From: Macrostomum lignano
Lineage: Eukaryota
Direction of reading: 5' to 3'
Length of the DNA: 64,000 nucleotides
Assembly: GCA_002269645.1 (NCBI GenBank)
Contig: NIVC01001205.1
Location: forward strand, 1-64,000
The position numbers and the translations under genes were made by a program. Under the pieces are notes generated by a model. That model searched no databases. It saw nothing but the letters and a program-made list of their open reading frames with translations, and was not told where the DNA came from. Of this stretch, positions 11,761 through 23,891 are shown piece after piece; within the stretch, counting starts at the first letter, position 1, and every line of letters starts with the position of its first letter.

Positions 11761-14700
11761 CTAGGCCACCTCCTTGAACAGCGGCATGATGACCAGGATG
11801 ACGATGGTGGATCCAAACGCGGCCACCAGGAACAACCAGAACAGCATTCTGTCAACAATGAAGGCCAGCATTCGCCAATCGTTAATTAACAATTGGGCAG
11901 CCTCTTCTTCAACCTGGCGCCTGATGAGGCGTCTCAGATGCCGGTAGACATGGTCGTACTCTTGGTACTTGCGTCCGAGCAGCAGAGAAGCCGGTTGCTG
12001 CTGCTGGGGCCTCGCTAAGCCGCTGGGTCCGGCTGCTGTGGCTGCCGAGGCGGTCGGGCTGTCATCGGTGGCTCCCCGGTTGGCGATGGTGCCGCGTCGG
12101 TTGTCCTCCTCCATGATGGCGTCGTCTGCCGCCGTCAGGAACTGCCCGTTGCAGCTGCCGGGACTGCCTGCGACTTTTCTCGGCTGCTGGTCAGCTACTG
12201 CTGGTTGTGGCGATGTCGAGGTGCCGAGTAGTTCGACCTCTTCCGGCTGTTGCTGCTGCTGGCGGCACTCTTCGAACTTTTGACGCCTTTTTCGGGCGCG
12301 TTTCTGGTATCGAGCGACAGAGCTCATGCAGAGCATCCGGGCTGCCAGGTTGAAGAAGAAATGCTTCAGCCTTGGCGGCACCGGTTTGTCGTTCGGCCCG
12401 ATGTGGTGCAGATGGAGCACGAATACCGTCAGCACGATTGACAGCGATGTGGTGGACATGGTCACCGTCAGGTAGATGCCTGCGTGTGTTGATATTATAT
12501 TGAGTATTTTACACTGTGACAGAGTATTGCTGCTAGTGAAAAACTTGATTTACACAATTGTTAATGTTTTTATAGAATCATATATATGAATCACGAAGTT
12601 ATCTAATTCACACAATTTTTATTTTGTTCACACACTTATCTTACGCACACAGTTATCTTATTCACACAAACATCTTATTCACACAGCTGTATTGTTCACA
12701 CAACTATCTTGTTCACACAGTTATCTGATTCACACAACTATCATATTCACACAAGCATCTTATTCACACAGCTGTATTGTTGACACAGCTACAGTGTTTA
12801 GACAACTATCTTGTTCACACAAGTTTCCAACTCACAAATAAAACAGATTCACACAAGGAAGTACATGTAGATTTTCAAAACAATCGCAAATTTCATAGCA
12901 CCATAAGTCAGCTGATTAATAGAAGAACTTCACGTTCACTCAAGCCATTAATTCACACTAAGGTGGGTCGCTCACCAATAAGCGGCACGAACTCGCTAGT
13001 GGCCGGCATGTTCTCAGCGATGAGCAGCATGAAGACTGAGAAGGCCAGCAGCACTGTGATACCCAGGGTGATCTTCTCCCCGAGTCGGGTGGCAACCAGA
13101 ATCCCAGCAGGCTGAGTACGGTGAGCCACAGGCAGGGGAAGATGATGTTGAACAGATAGTACAGGGTGCGCCTGCGGATCACTATGTGGAACTTGATGTC
13201 CGGGTAGGGCACCGGGCTGATGGGGTAGACGGTCTGGAATGGTTTTGGAGAGGTAGAGGTTTTTATTTATTGGCTGGTGACATTTGGGTTAGATTTAGCT
13301 GAGACAGCTGAGATTAGATTTAGCCTGAGACAGCTGAGATTAGATTTAGCCTGAGCCAGCTGAGATTAGATTTAGCCTGAGCCAGCTGAGATTAGATTTA
13401 GCTGAGATTAGATTTAGCCTGGGACAGCTGAGATTAGATTTAGCCTGAGACAGCTGAGATTAGATTTAGCCTGAGACAGCTGAGATTAGATTTAGCTGAG
13501 ATTAGATTTAGCCTGAGACAGCTGAGATTAGATTTAGCCTGAGACAGCTGAGATTAGATTTAGCCTGAGCCAGCTGAGATTAGATTTAGCCTGAGACAGC
13601 TGAGATTAGATTTAGCCTGAGACAGCTGAGATTAGATTTAGCCTGAGACAGCGGAGATTAGATTTAGCTGAGATTAGATTTAGCCTGAGCCAGCTGAGAT
13701 TAGATTTAGCCTGAGACAGCTGAGATTAGATTTAGCCTGAGACAGCTGAGATTAGATTTAGCCTGAGACAGCGGAGATTAGATTTAGCTGAGATTAGATT
13801 TAGCCTGAGCCAGCTGAGATTAGATTTAGCCTGAGACAGCTGAGATTAGATTTAGCCTGAGACAGCTGAGATTAGATTTAGCCTGAGACAGCGGAGATTA
13901 GATTTAGCTGAGATTAGACTTCGCTGAGATTATATTTGTCTGATACAGCTGAGATTAGCCCCCGATCGATGAGAATAGATCCTTAGCAGACCGGAAATTA
14001 GACTAGATCAACAAGCATCCGAGCTGAAAAAATTTGCAATGCAGTAACAGAACTCAAAGCAGACTTATTGAACCTTTTGCTCAAGGCTCCAAGGCTCCTA
14101 TCAAGTTCATGATCTGCTCTGCTCTCACTCGACACCATCTGGAGCGGTCCAGACAAAATTCTACTTCACAAATATTGAGAGCTCGGCCGCTGCAGCAGCA
14201 CCCTTCCCAGGCAGAAATTTGATTAAAGAGACTTGGGCGGCCGCTGGACTGCCCACTACAATCCCCTGGGGTACTCGGGCGTTAATAAGTTTACTAGGCT
14301 CTGTAAACTTATAAATTTTGTTGGCCTTGTTTAGTCAAACTAAATAAAATTACGAGATACGCGTCAATACTTGCTAACATGTAAGACTCCTAACGAAGTA
14401 CCCTGGTGTTTCGAATAGATTTATTGCAGTATTTCACTCCCGTTAAGTATCTATTTCCATCAGTTCCATGTCTATTTCCATCAGTTCCATGTCTATTTCC
14501 ATCAGTTCCATGTCTATTTCCATCAGTTCCGTGTCTATTGCCATCAGTTCCATGTCTGTTTCCATCAGTTCCATGTCTATTTCCATCAGTTCCATATCTA
14601 TTTCCATCAGTTCCATGTCTATTTCCATCAGTTCCATGTCTATTTCCATCAGTTCCATGTCTATTTCCACCAGTTCCATGTCTATTTCCATCAGTTCCAT

Positions 14701-17700
14701 GTCTATTTCCATCAGTTCCATGTCTATTTCCATCAGTTCCATGTCTATTTTCATCAGTTCCATGTCTATTTCCATCAGTTCCATGTCTGTTTCCATCAGT
14801 TCCATAGCTATTTCCATCAGTTCCATGTCTATTTCCATCAGTTCCATGTGTATTTCCATCAGTTCCATGTCTATTTCCATCAGTTCCATATCTATTTCCA
14901 TCAGTTCCATGTCTATTTCCATCAGTTCCATGTGTATTTCCATCAGTTCCATGTCTATTTCCATCAGTTCCATGTCTATTTTCATCAGTTCCATGTCTAT
15001 TTCCATCAGTTCCATGTCTATTTCCATCAGTTCCATAGCTATTTCCATCAGTTCCATGTCTATTTCCATCAGTTCCATATCTATTTCCATCAGTTCCATA
15101 TCTATTTCCATCAGTTCCATATCTATTTCCATCAGTTCCATGTCTATTTCCATCAGTTCCATGTCTATTTCCATCAGTTCCATGTGTATTTCCATCAGTT
15201 CCATATCTATTTCCATCAGTTCCATGTCTATTTCCATCAGTTCCATGTCTATTTCCATCAGTTCCATGTCTATTTCCATCAGTTCCATATCTATTTCCAT
15301 CAGTTCCATATCTATTTCCATCAGTTCCATGTCTATTTCCATCAGTTCCATGTCTATTTCCATCAGTTCCATATCTATTTCCATCAGTTCCATGTCTATT
15401 TCCATCAGTTCCATGTGTATTTCCATCAGTTCCATGTCTATTTCCATCAGTTCCATATCTATTTCCATCAGTTCCATGTCTATTTCCATCAGTTCCATGT
15501 GTATTTCCATCAGTTCCATGTCTATTTCCATCAGTTCCATGTGTATTTCCATCAGTTCCATATCTATTTCCATCAGTTCCATGTCTATTTCCATCAGTTC
15601 CATATCTATTTCCATCAGTTCCATGTCTATTTCCATCATTTCCATGTCTATTTCCATCAGTTCCATGTCTATTTCCATTAGTTCCATATCTACTTCTTAA
15701 GGTTCCACATCAATTTCCTTAGGTTCCAAATCCAGGTCACTGATCTCACCTCCTGCCGTTCCACATCGATTCGAATCAGATTCCACTCTCCGCTTTGAAC
15801 ATAATTTTGAAAGTCCACTTCCTCGCGCCTGAAAGTGTTGTCAAGATGTCACGTGATTTAAATAAAAAATTCTCGATGGTTGAACAGAAGATCGAACCAA
15901 CTTCTTGGTGATGTTCACTTGATAACCATCGTAGGTCCACGAGCCGAACTTCATGGTGCAAATCTGATCGTCAAACGGGAAATACGTGATGTCGATCTTG
16001 CAGGTGGATCGCAGCTTGGCGGGTGGGGGCCAAAACACGGTGCCGTTCGCGTCCACCATCGCCTTGCTCTGCATGTAGCCTGTGGTGAAGTCATCAGCAC
16101 TGCGTCAGGTGTAGGGGTTGGGGGTCACGGTTGACTTTGATGTGTCAGTGTCTGTAGAATCAGTGTGTCAGTGTCTGTAGAATCAGTGTGTCAGTGTCTG
16201 TAGAATCAGTGTGTCAGTGTCTGTAGAATCAGTGTGTCAGTGTCTGTAGAATCAGTGTGTCAGTGTCTGTAGAATCAGTGTGTCAGTGTCTGTAGAATCA
16301 GTGTGTCAGTGTCTGTAGAATCAGTGTGTCAGTGTCTGTAGAATCAGTGTGTCAGTGTCTGTAGAATCAGTGTGTCAGTGCCTGTAGAATCAGTGTGTCA
16401 GTGTCTGTAGAATCAGTGTGTCAGTGTCTGTAGAATCAGTGTGTCAGTGTCTGTAGAATCAGTGAGTCAGTGTCTGTAGAATCAGTGTGTCAGTGTCTGT
16501 AGAATCAGTGTGTCAGTGGTGTCTGTAGAATCAGTGTGTCAGTGTCTGTAGAATCAGTGTGTCAGTGCCTGTAGAATCAGTGTGTCAGTGTCTGTAGAAT
16601 CAGTGTGTCAGTGTCTGTAGAATCAGTGTGTCAGTGTCTGTAGAATCAGTGTCACCTGTTGTACAGCACAATGTCAGGCAGCCAGATTTTCTGACACGGC
16701 ACTCGCAGCACTTCCAGCCCGTTGTAGTCCTTCGGGTCCCAATGCAGCCTCTCGTCGTGCCACTCCTGTTTTGATTGACAGGTGGACAGGTCTCTATGTT
16801 TAATTTGTGATAATCAGTAATTGATTCTTAGGATATGTCAGGACATACAGTAAAATTGAATTCTGTGTTTTGACGGACACATACTGACACATCTACTTAA
16901 GCGGTACTGTGTACTGACACATCTACTTAAGCACTACTGACACATCTACTTAAGCACTACTGACACATCTACTTAAGAACTACTGACACATCTACTTAAG
17001 CACTACTGACACATCTACTTAAGAACTACTGACACATCTAATTAAGCACTACTGACACATCTACTTGAGCACTACTGACACATCTACTTAAGAACTACTG
17101 ACACATCTAATTAAGCACTACTGACACATCTACTTAAGCACTACTGACACATCTAATTAAGCACTACTGACACATCTACTTAAGCGCTACTGACACATCT
17201 AATTTGAATCCTAACAATCGATTTTATGACTTCATGAATCCAAGGTAAAAAAAATCAACCTTAAGTTTCATTCAGTTTTCAAGTTCCCAAACTTTAAAGA
17301 TTCGAAGATCGAACTTTCGAACTGTTTGTAAGTCACGACTCAATCCCTTCAAAAGCCGCTCCTTCATCTCTTTTTAGGCAGCTGGATTCTCAAGTGAAGT
17401 GGCGGCGGCGGTGAAGCACTCGCTAAACTCGAACAGCGACAGAGCAGATCGGGCAGTCTCGCATCCCAGCTGCTCCCCTAATAGGAACACGAAATTCCCT
17501 AAGCCTATGCACATTAGCAATCATTAGGTTCTGCATAGACAAAAAGTACATGTTTATACATTTCATTCTCTCTAGAAAATTGAGTTTCAGAATCGAATTC
17601 TGCGAGAGAAGTTATAGAAAGCAATCCTGCTTCTCTTTAAGGATAAAACTTTTCTTCTTCTTTTTATCTGTCAATGCCTTTTTTGCCGCCTATAGTTGGA

Positions 17701-20559
17701 AAGTGCAAGATGTTTTATTAAATATTTATAATTTATCTTATGGTCACCAAACCATGATAAAATCGTCTTAGTCCCCCCTCTGACCAACCATATATTACTG
17801 CTAAGATGTCAGCAGCAGTGTTGCTAGGGAGGTTGAAAATATTATCTGTGAATTTTTAAGCTTGCAGTCTGGTTTGGTCAGCAGGGCTGGCCATAGACTA
17901 TCGCTGCCCAGTTTTGGGCTGGTCAGCAGGGCTGGCCATAGACTATCGCTGCCCAGTTTTGGGCTGGTCAGCAGGGCTGGCCATAGAGTATCGCTACCCA
18001 GTTTTGGGCTGGTCAGCAGGGCTGGCCATAGACTATCGCTACCCAGTTTTGGGCTGGTCAGCAGGGCTGGCCATAGACTATCGCTACCCAGTTTTGGGCT
18101 GGTCAGCAGGGCTGGCCATAGACTATCGCTACCCAGTTTTGGGCTGGTCAGCAGGGCTGGCCATAGACTATCGCTGCCCAGTTTTGGGCTGGTCAGCAGG
18201 GCTGGCCATAGACTATCGCTACCCAGTTTTGGGCTGGTCAGCAGGGCTGGCCATAGACTATTGCTACCCAGTTTAACACACTCTGCTATGCACACAGTGG
18301 TCTCAAACTTATTTCTAAGATAAATCGCTTTTAGTGTCTCTATTATACTGCACTTTTCTAAAGATACACCGCGATATGTGATATGTGATTATCAGAATGT
18401 CTTCAAGGACTTTAAGTCAGTGCTATGACGGATCGCTCATTTCTAAAAGTACATTTCAAGCTAACCTGTTCAAGCCAAACGTTTGTCGTTAGAACCTGGT
18501 TGACCTCGTCCTGAAACAGAAAGAAAACAATAATGGATAATATTATTCAGAAGCTTTCAGTTGCTTTCAAGTTAGATAATTAAGGTATAAAAAATCTTGA
18601 TAAATGACTGCAGGTATGGCAAACCATATCCGTGATGAGGATCAGTGCGAAGCCGAACGTCACCGTGACCTGATCGGACGCGTTGATCACCGGACGAACG
18701 GAGGCGTCGTAACGCTGCATCATCGCCTCCATCAGTCTCTGTTCGTCCGGTTTAACCCGACCAGGCCTGGGTTCGAGCGCTCCTGCTGGGGTGGTGATAG
18801 ATGGGGAATCAGGGAGGATAAACCAAACTCACCAGCTGAGAGATCTGCACCATGGCTATCTGGAATCGAACTTCAACAGTTTTTCCAGCATGAATTGTCG
18901 GCCTGGATGCCGGATCGTACGAGGACAATATTCGATGCAGAAGTCTTTGTTCGTCAGTCCAAGTGGACTGATTGAACGCAGAGCATTCGCTACATCTGCT
19001 GGCTACAAAGACTATGATGGAACAAAGAGTTAAGAGTCCAGTTGGTCTGCCGTGCATGTCTGTAATGTCCGTTGTTCGAGAAGCGTGTAGCTAAGGGAAT
19101 CCACAAGCGACGGTATGGCCTTTTTAGTAGAGATTCGCCACTCGCAATTCGTCAGTTGATTTGTCAACAGACCATGGGGAAGAGAGAGACAGACTCAGCT
19201 CGCAGCTTGTCTCTCTATTCTCAGCCTTCCTCCCGCCCTGGTCGAATTTGTGGAGCAGCTCGAAGCAAGAACTCAAAACGCCACGTCGCCTCGCATTGTA
19301 ACACGCCTCAGCGGCCCTTTGCTCTACCTCTGATCTATATTGACTGGGATAACTTCGTTATTCAGACTGTGGTGAGCTTTTAGGCCTCTCCTGATCATCG
19401 GCTTGCTGCCTACTGGGTGCACGCGAGCATCAAAATATGTTTTTCTTTTTTGACAAAAAACACTTTTTTATGCAGGTGTTTTTCTGCGTTAATTATAATT
19501 AATTTTCGCTGTCAGAGAAATTCTTTATTTCGATTTTTTACAATTAACTACGAGTAATAAAATCGTCGTTATTATTCTTTTTTTACTACTGACAGTAGAC
19601 TGTTGAGGTATTTGTTGAATTTTTCTAGTTGGGAATCTTTGAGAAGTTTTTCTTCGAATCGTAGAGTTTTCAGTTAATCCTCATGATCCAAGCTCCAGCT
19701 CAATGCACACTGAAACGGATTAAGGGAGCTTTCTAGGAAACACCTGCTCAGATTCGATGATAAATTGATGCTGCTGAGTTGAAAATGCATCAAACCCTGG
19801 TAAAGGATTATTTAAAACTTTCCTGAGTTTTACGGCTTAACAGGTTTTGCTAGTTGGGTTACAGTTTGCAGGCTTTGAGCTCCACTGCTCAGTAGTAGTT
19901 TTTGTAGTTTGTGAGAGTTTCTGTAGTTTGTGAGAGTTTCTGTTTAGTTTGTGAGAGTTTCTGTTTAGTTTGTGAGAGTTTCTGTTTAGTTTGTGGGAGT
20001 TTCTGTAGTTTGTGAGGGTTTCTGTTTAGTTTGTGAGAGTTTCTGTTTAGTTTGTGAGAGTTTCTGTTTAGTTTGTGGGAGTGTCTGTTTAGTTTGTGAG
20101 AGTTTCTGTTTAGTTTGTGAGAGTTTCTGTTTAGTTTGTGAGAGTTTCTGTTTAGTTTGTGAGAGTTTCTGTTTAGTTTGTGAGAGTTTCTGTTTAGTTT
20201 GTGAGACTTTCTGCTGTTAAAAAATCTTTCAAAACGCAATTAGAAACTATTCTAAATTAAAAGTGGTCAATTTAGTCCCTAGGAAACTGCTCAAAATGTC
20301 ATTGCTGTGACATCCTAAAAAAGAGTTTTCCCACGAAGTACACGTAACACCGAATCAAATTACCTTCACTTTAACTAACTTTTGGCTTTCCAGTGCCCCA
20401 ACAAAACAACTAAGAAAGTTAATCAAATCAAGCTCACTCAACCCTACCTGAGACTTGAGTAGCTACAGTGCCAGAAACCAGAAGCAGACTTGAAGAAGCA
20501 GCAAAGATTAAAAGCAGGCTTTTCTTCAACAAGAAGTTGTCGAGTGCTTTAAGAGCCAT
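11761..20559 (-). CDS. Nicotinic acetylcholine receptor (Cys-loop, cation-type) subunit, non-alpha-like, 8 exons; one-base frameshift in this assembly
   Basis: join(20559-20448, 18782-18625, 18510-18466, 16765-16656, 16099-15902, 15828-15750, 13233-12976, 12479-11761); all junctions are GT-AG and phase-compatible. Has a signal peptide, [33 protein letters not shown], Cys-loop [23 protein letters not shown]1-M3 ([11 protein letters not shown]; [12 protein letters not shown]) and M4 ([15 protein letters not shown]). Confidence 0.95.
12605..12835. repeat. Degenerate ~17-18-bp repeat (TTCACACAGTTATCTTR) in the last nAChR intron
   Basis: Recurrent TTCACACA cores in tandem. Confidence 0.75.
13290..13960. 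repeat. 26-bp minisatellite with 16-bp truncated variants (nAChR intron)
   Basis: Unit CAGCTGAGATTAGATTTAGCCTGAGA. Confidence 0.95.
14449..15695. repeat. 21-bp minisatellite, about 59 copies (nAChR intron)
   Basis: Unit TCTATTTCCATCAGTTCCATG; source of the spurious MELMEID and SISISSM ORFs. Confidence 0.97.
16141..16652. repeat. 23-bp minisatellite filling nAChR intron 16655-16100
   Basis: Unit TGTGTCAGTGTCTGTAGAATCAG; runs to within a few bases of the donor. Confidence 0.97.
16880..17200. repeat. 23-bp minisatellite (nAChR intron)
   Basis: Unit TACTGACACATCTACTTAAGCAC. Confidence 0.95.
17871..18275. repeat. 45-bp minisatellite, about 9 near-identical copies (nAChR intron)
   Basis: Unit GGTCAGCAGGGCTGGCCATAGACTATCGCTACCCAGTTTTGGGCT. 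Confidence 0.97.
18833..19057 (-). CDS. Alternative nAChR N-terminal exon (paralogous to exon 18782-18625)
   Basis: Encodes [27 protein letters not shown]...[42 protein letters not shown] and ends at a phase-0 GTGAGT donor (18832) compatible with exon 18510-18466. Confidence 0.8.
19905..20212. repeat. 21-bp minisatellite (nAChR intron 1)
   Basis: Unit GTTTAGTTTGTGAGAGTTTCT. Confidence 0.95.
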
Positions 20560-20859
20560 TCTGAACTGCTGTTCAACTCAATTTTCTGTTGATAAAAACC
20601 TTGAAGATTTTCAGCCTCTCTGCTTCAGCTGCGGTTACCATGGTGGGGGGAAGTGATCTTATGCTCTCGAAGGAAGCTGGGAACAGATGGAGCAGCTAAA
20701 TTCACTGCCATTGGTTGCCACGGTGCAGAAACTTCGTAAGAATTTTCAGCTAGCAAAGAGGCAAAAGAGTTCTTGTCTGAGTGTGAATTTAATTTAATTC
20801 AGTATGTTCAGACAGTGATCAAAGCAGCGCTCAAGTCAGTGACATAAGTCTCTCATCAG

Positions 20860-21610
20860 TGACCTTGAGGCTGAAATCTGTGACCTTAACACTTAAATCA
20901 GTGACCTTGGGGCTGAAAGAAGTGACCTTGACCCTCAAATCAGCGACATTGACCCTCAAATCAGTTGACATTTACCCTCAAATCAGTTGACATTGACCCT
21001 CAAATCAGTGATATTGACCCTCAAATCAGTGACATTGACCCTCAAATCAGTTGACATTGACCCTCAAATCAGTGATATTGACCCTCAAATCAGTTGACAT
21101 TGACCCTCAAATCAGTGACATTTACCCTCAAATCAGTGATATTGACCCTCAAATCAGTGATATTGACCCTCAAATCAGTTGACATTGACCCTCAAATCAG
21201 TGATATTGACCCTCAAATCAGTTGACATTGACCCTCAAATCAGTGATATTGACCCTCAAATCAGTGACATTGACCCTCAAATCAGTGATATTGACCCTCA
21301 AATCAGTTGACATTGACCCTCAAATCAGTGATATTGACCCTCAAATCAGTTGACATTGACCCTCAAATCAGTGATATTGACCCTCAAATCAGTTGACATT
21401 GACCCTCAAATCAGTGATATTGACCCTCAAATCAGTGACATTGACCCTCAAATCAATGACCTTGTCCATCAAATCAGTGAAATTGTCCCTCAAATCAGTG
21501 ATATTGACCCAAAAATCAGTCCCCTTGACCCTCAAATCAGTGACATTGTCCCTCAAATCACTGACCTTAACACTCAAATCAGTGACCTTGAGGCTGAAAT
21601 CAGTGACCTT
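20860..21610. repeat. 21/22-bp minisatellite upstream of the nAChR gene
   Basis: Mixed units GATATTGACCCTCAAATCAGT and TGACATTGACCCTCAAATCAGT, with degenerate edges. Confidence 0.95.
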
Positions 21611-22004
21611 GACGGTAATGTCAGTGAAATTAGCAAATTTTCAAATCGACATTTTTCATCAACTGAGCTGATCACATCGATTGGTATATCACATTGGCAT
21701 AAAAACATTTGGGCGGTTCACTTCACTTATAGCTTCATTACAGCCTTACGGTTTAAGATACATTTTATGATCTTTCGTGCGCAATTTCGCACTACGAGCT
21801 TAAAGTCTTCCTAATTGGATTGGATTTTTATGGCTTCCGGTATAATTTTTTTCGGGGTTGAACGCGTCTGTTTTCTTGACTTGTCTGTGCCTGTCTGATA
21901 GTACTCGTAGGTTCACCAATGGCAGACCGCAATGTCCCTTATGGCTGAAGCTAAATATGCTGCCAGTTGCCATTAGTTAAGAATTCTCGCTTCTGCCGTA
22001 ACAA

Positions 22005-23360
22005 CTCTCCCTTCTCTCCCTCTCAACTCCTCCCTCTCCCTTCTCTCCCTCTCACCTCCTCACTCTCCCTTCTCTCCCTCTCAACTCCTCCCTCTCCCTT
22101 CTCTCCTCTCCAGTCTCTCCCTCTCACCTTCTCCCTCTCCCTTCTCTCCCTCTCACCTCCTCCCTCTCCCTTCTCTCCCTCTCACCTTCTCCCTCTCCCT
22201 TCTCTCCCTCTCACCTCCTCCCTCTCCCTTCTCTCCCTCTCACCTCCTCCCTCTCCCTTCTCTCCTCTCCAGTCTCTCCCTCTCACCTCCTCCCTCTCCC
22301 TTCTCTCCCTCTCACCTCCTCCCTCTCCCTTCTCTCCTCTCCAGTCTCTCCCTCTCACTTCTCTCCCTCTCACCTCCTCCCTCTCCCTTCTCTCCCTCTC
22401 ACCTCCTCCCTCTCCCTTCTCTCCCTCTCACCTCCTCCCTCTCCCTTCTCTCCTCTCCAGTCTCTCCCTCTCACCTCCTCCCTCTCCCTTCTCTCCTCTC
22501 CAGTCTCTCCCTCTCACCTCCTCCCTCTCCCTTCTCTCCTCTCCAGTCTCTCCCTCTCCCTTCTCTCCTCTCCAGTCTCTCCCTCTCCCTTCTCTCCCTC
22601 TCCCTTCTCTCCTCTCCAGTCTCTCCCTCTCCCTTCTCTCCTCTCCAGTCTCTCCCTCTCACCTCCTCCCTCTCCCTTCTCTCCTCTCCAGTCTCTCCCT
22701 CTCCCTTCTCTCCTCTCCAGTCTCTCCCTCTCCCTTCTCTCCCTCTCCCTTCTCTCCTCTCCAGTCTCTCCCTCTCCCTTCTCTCCTCTCCAGTCTCTCC
22801 CTCTCACCTCCTCCCTCTCCCTTCTCTCCTCTCCAGTCTCTCCCTCTCCCTTCTCTCCTCTCCAGTCTCTCCCTCTCCCTTCTCTCCCTCTCCCTTCTCT
22901 CCTCTCCAGTCTCTCCCTCTCCCTTCTCTCCTCTCCAGTCTCTCCCTCTCCCTTCTCTCCCTCTCCCTTCTCTCCCTTCTCTCCCTCTCACCTCCTCCCT
23001 CTCCCTTCTCTCCCTCTCACCTCCTCCCTCTCCCTTCTCTCCCTCTCACCTCCTCCCTCTCCCTTCTCTCCTCTCCAGTCTCTCCCTCTCACCTCCTCCC
23101 TCTCCCTTCTCTCCTCTCCCTTCTCTCCCTCTCCCTTCTCTCCTCTCCAGTCTCTCCCTCTCACCTCCTCCCTCTCCCTCTCTCCCTCTCCCTTCTCTCC
23201 CTCTCACCTCCTCCCTCTCCCTTCTCTCCTCTCCAGTCTCTCCCTCTCCCTTCTCTCCCTCTCCCTTCTCTCCCTTCTCTCCCTCTCACTTCTCTCCCTC
23301 TCCTCCTCCTCCTCTCTCTCTGTCTCTCTCTCTCTCTGTCTCTCTCTCTCTCTCTACCTT
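22005..23360. repeat. Polypyrimidine/polypurine (CT-rich) low-complexity tract
   Basis: About 1.35 kb of almost only C/T, built from CTCTCCCTCTCACCTCCTCC and CTCTCCAGTCT modules. Confidence 0.95.
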
Positions 23361-23891
23361 CTCCCGTCCTTACGTTTATTAGCTAAAAATGAACTTATAT
23401 TTCGGTTGCAAAATCTGCCTGCCAGCCACGCCAAGCCCCCCCCGCACTGCATATTTCTATAAAACTGTCTGGGCTACCCGCTATCACACTGCATCTGGCA
23501 TCCTTGTGTCTGACAGACTCTCAGCCAAGCTCAACTCCGCAGCCCCTTACTCGCTGTCTTTTTGTCCTGAGTTGAATAGACAATACTCGTATGCATTCAG
23601 TTTGGCCCGTTTTCTGTACAAGTGCTTCTGCACTTACGAGTATAATATAGTATATATACTTTTGAATATCGCTAATATTAATTAAAATCCTGAATCGTAA
23701 TGGGGCACACTGAAGTCCCTTTTTACAAGGCAGCAATATGACTCACCCTGCGCTACTATATTTAGATTTATTTTATAGCTATCCTTGATGCCAAAAAAAT
23801 TCTTCATCTACTTAACCTAAACACATCGGAGCTATAGGAGCCTGGCTTGGCAAATTTGAGAACCCTAATTCACTGCAGGGCCCGTGTTTTC

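Noticed and set aside
9659-15700. Long ORFs such as SDRW..., LCLTGGE..., MELMEID..., SISISSM...
   Set aside because: They are translations of minisatellites that happen to lack stops, open in several frames and on both strands, and lie in introns or next to the 3' end of the nAChR gene.
23847-23891. TTG-initiated N-terminal extension of CLCA-1 in the ORF track
   Set aside because: The ATG at 23892 directly begins a good signal peptide, and exon 1 then parallels paralogue 2.
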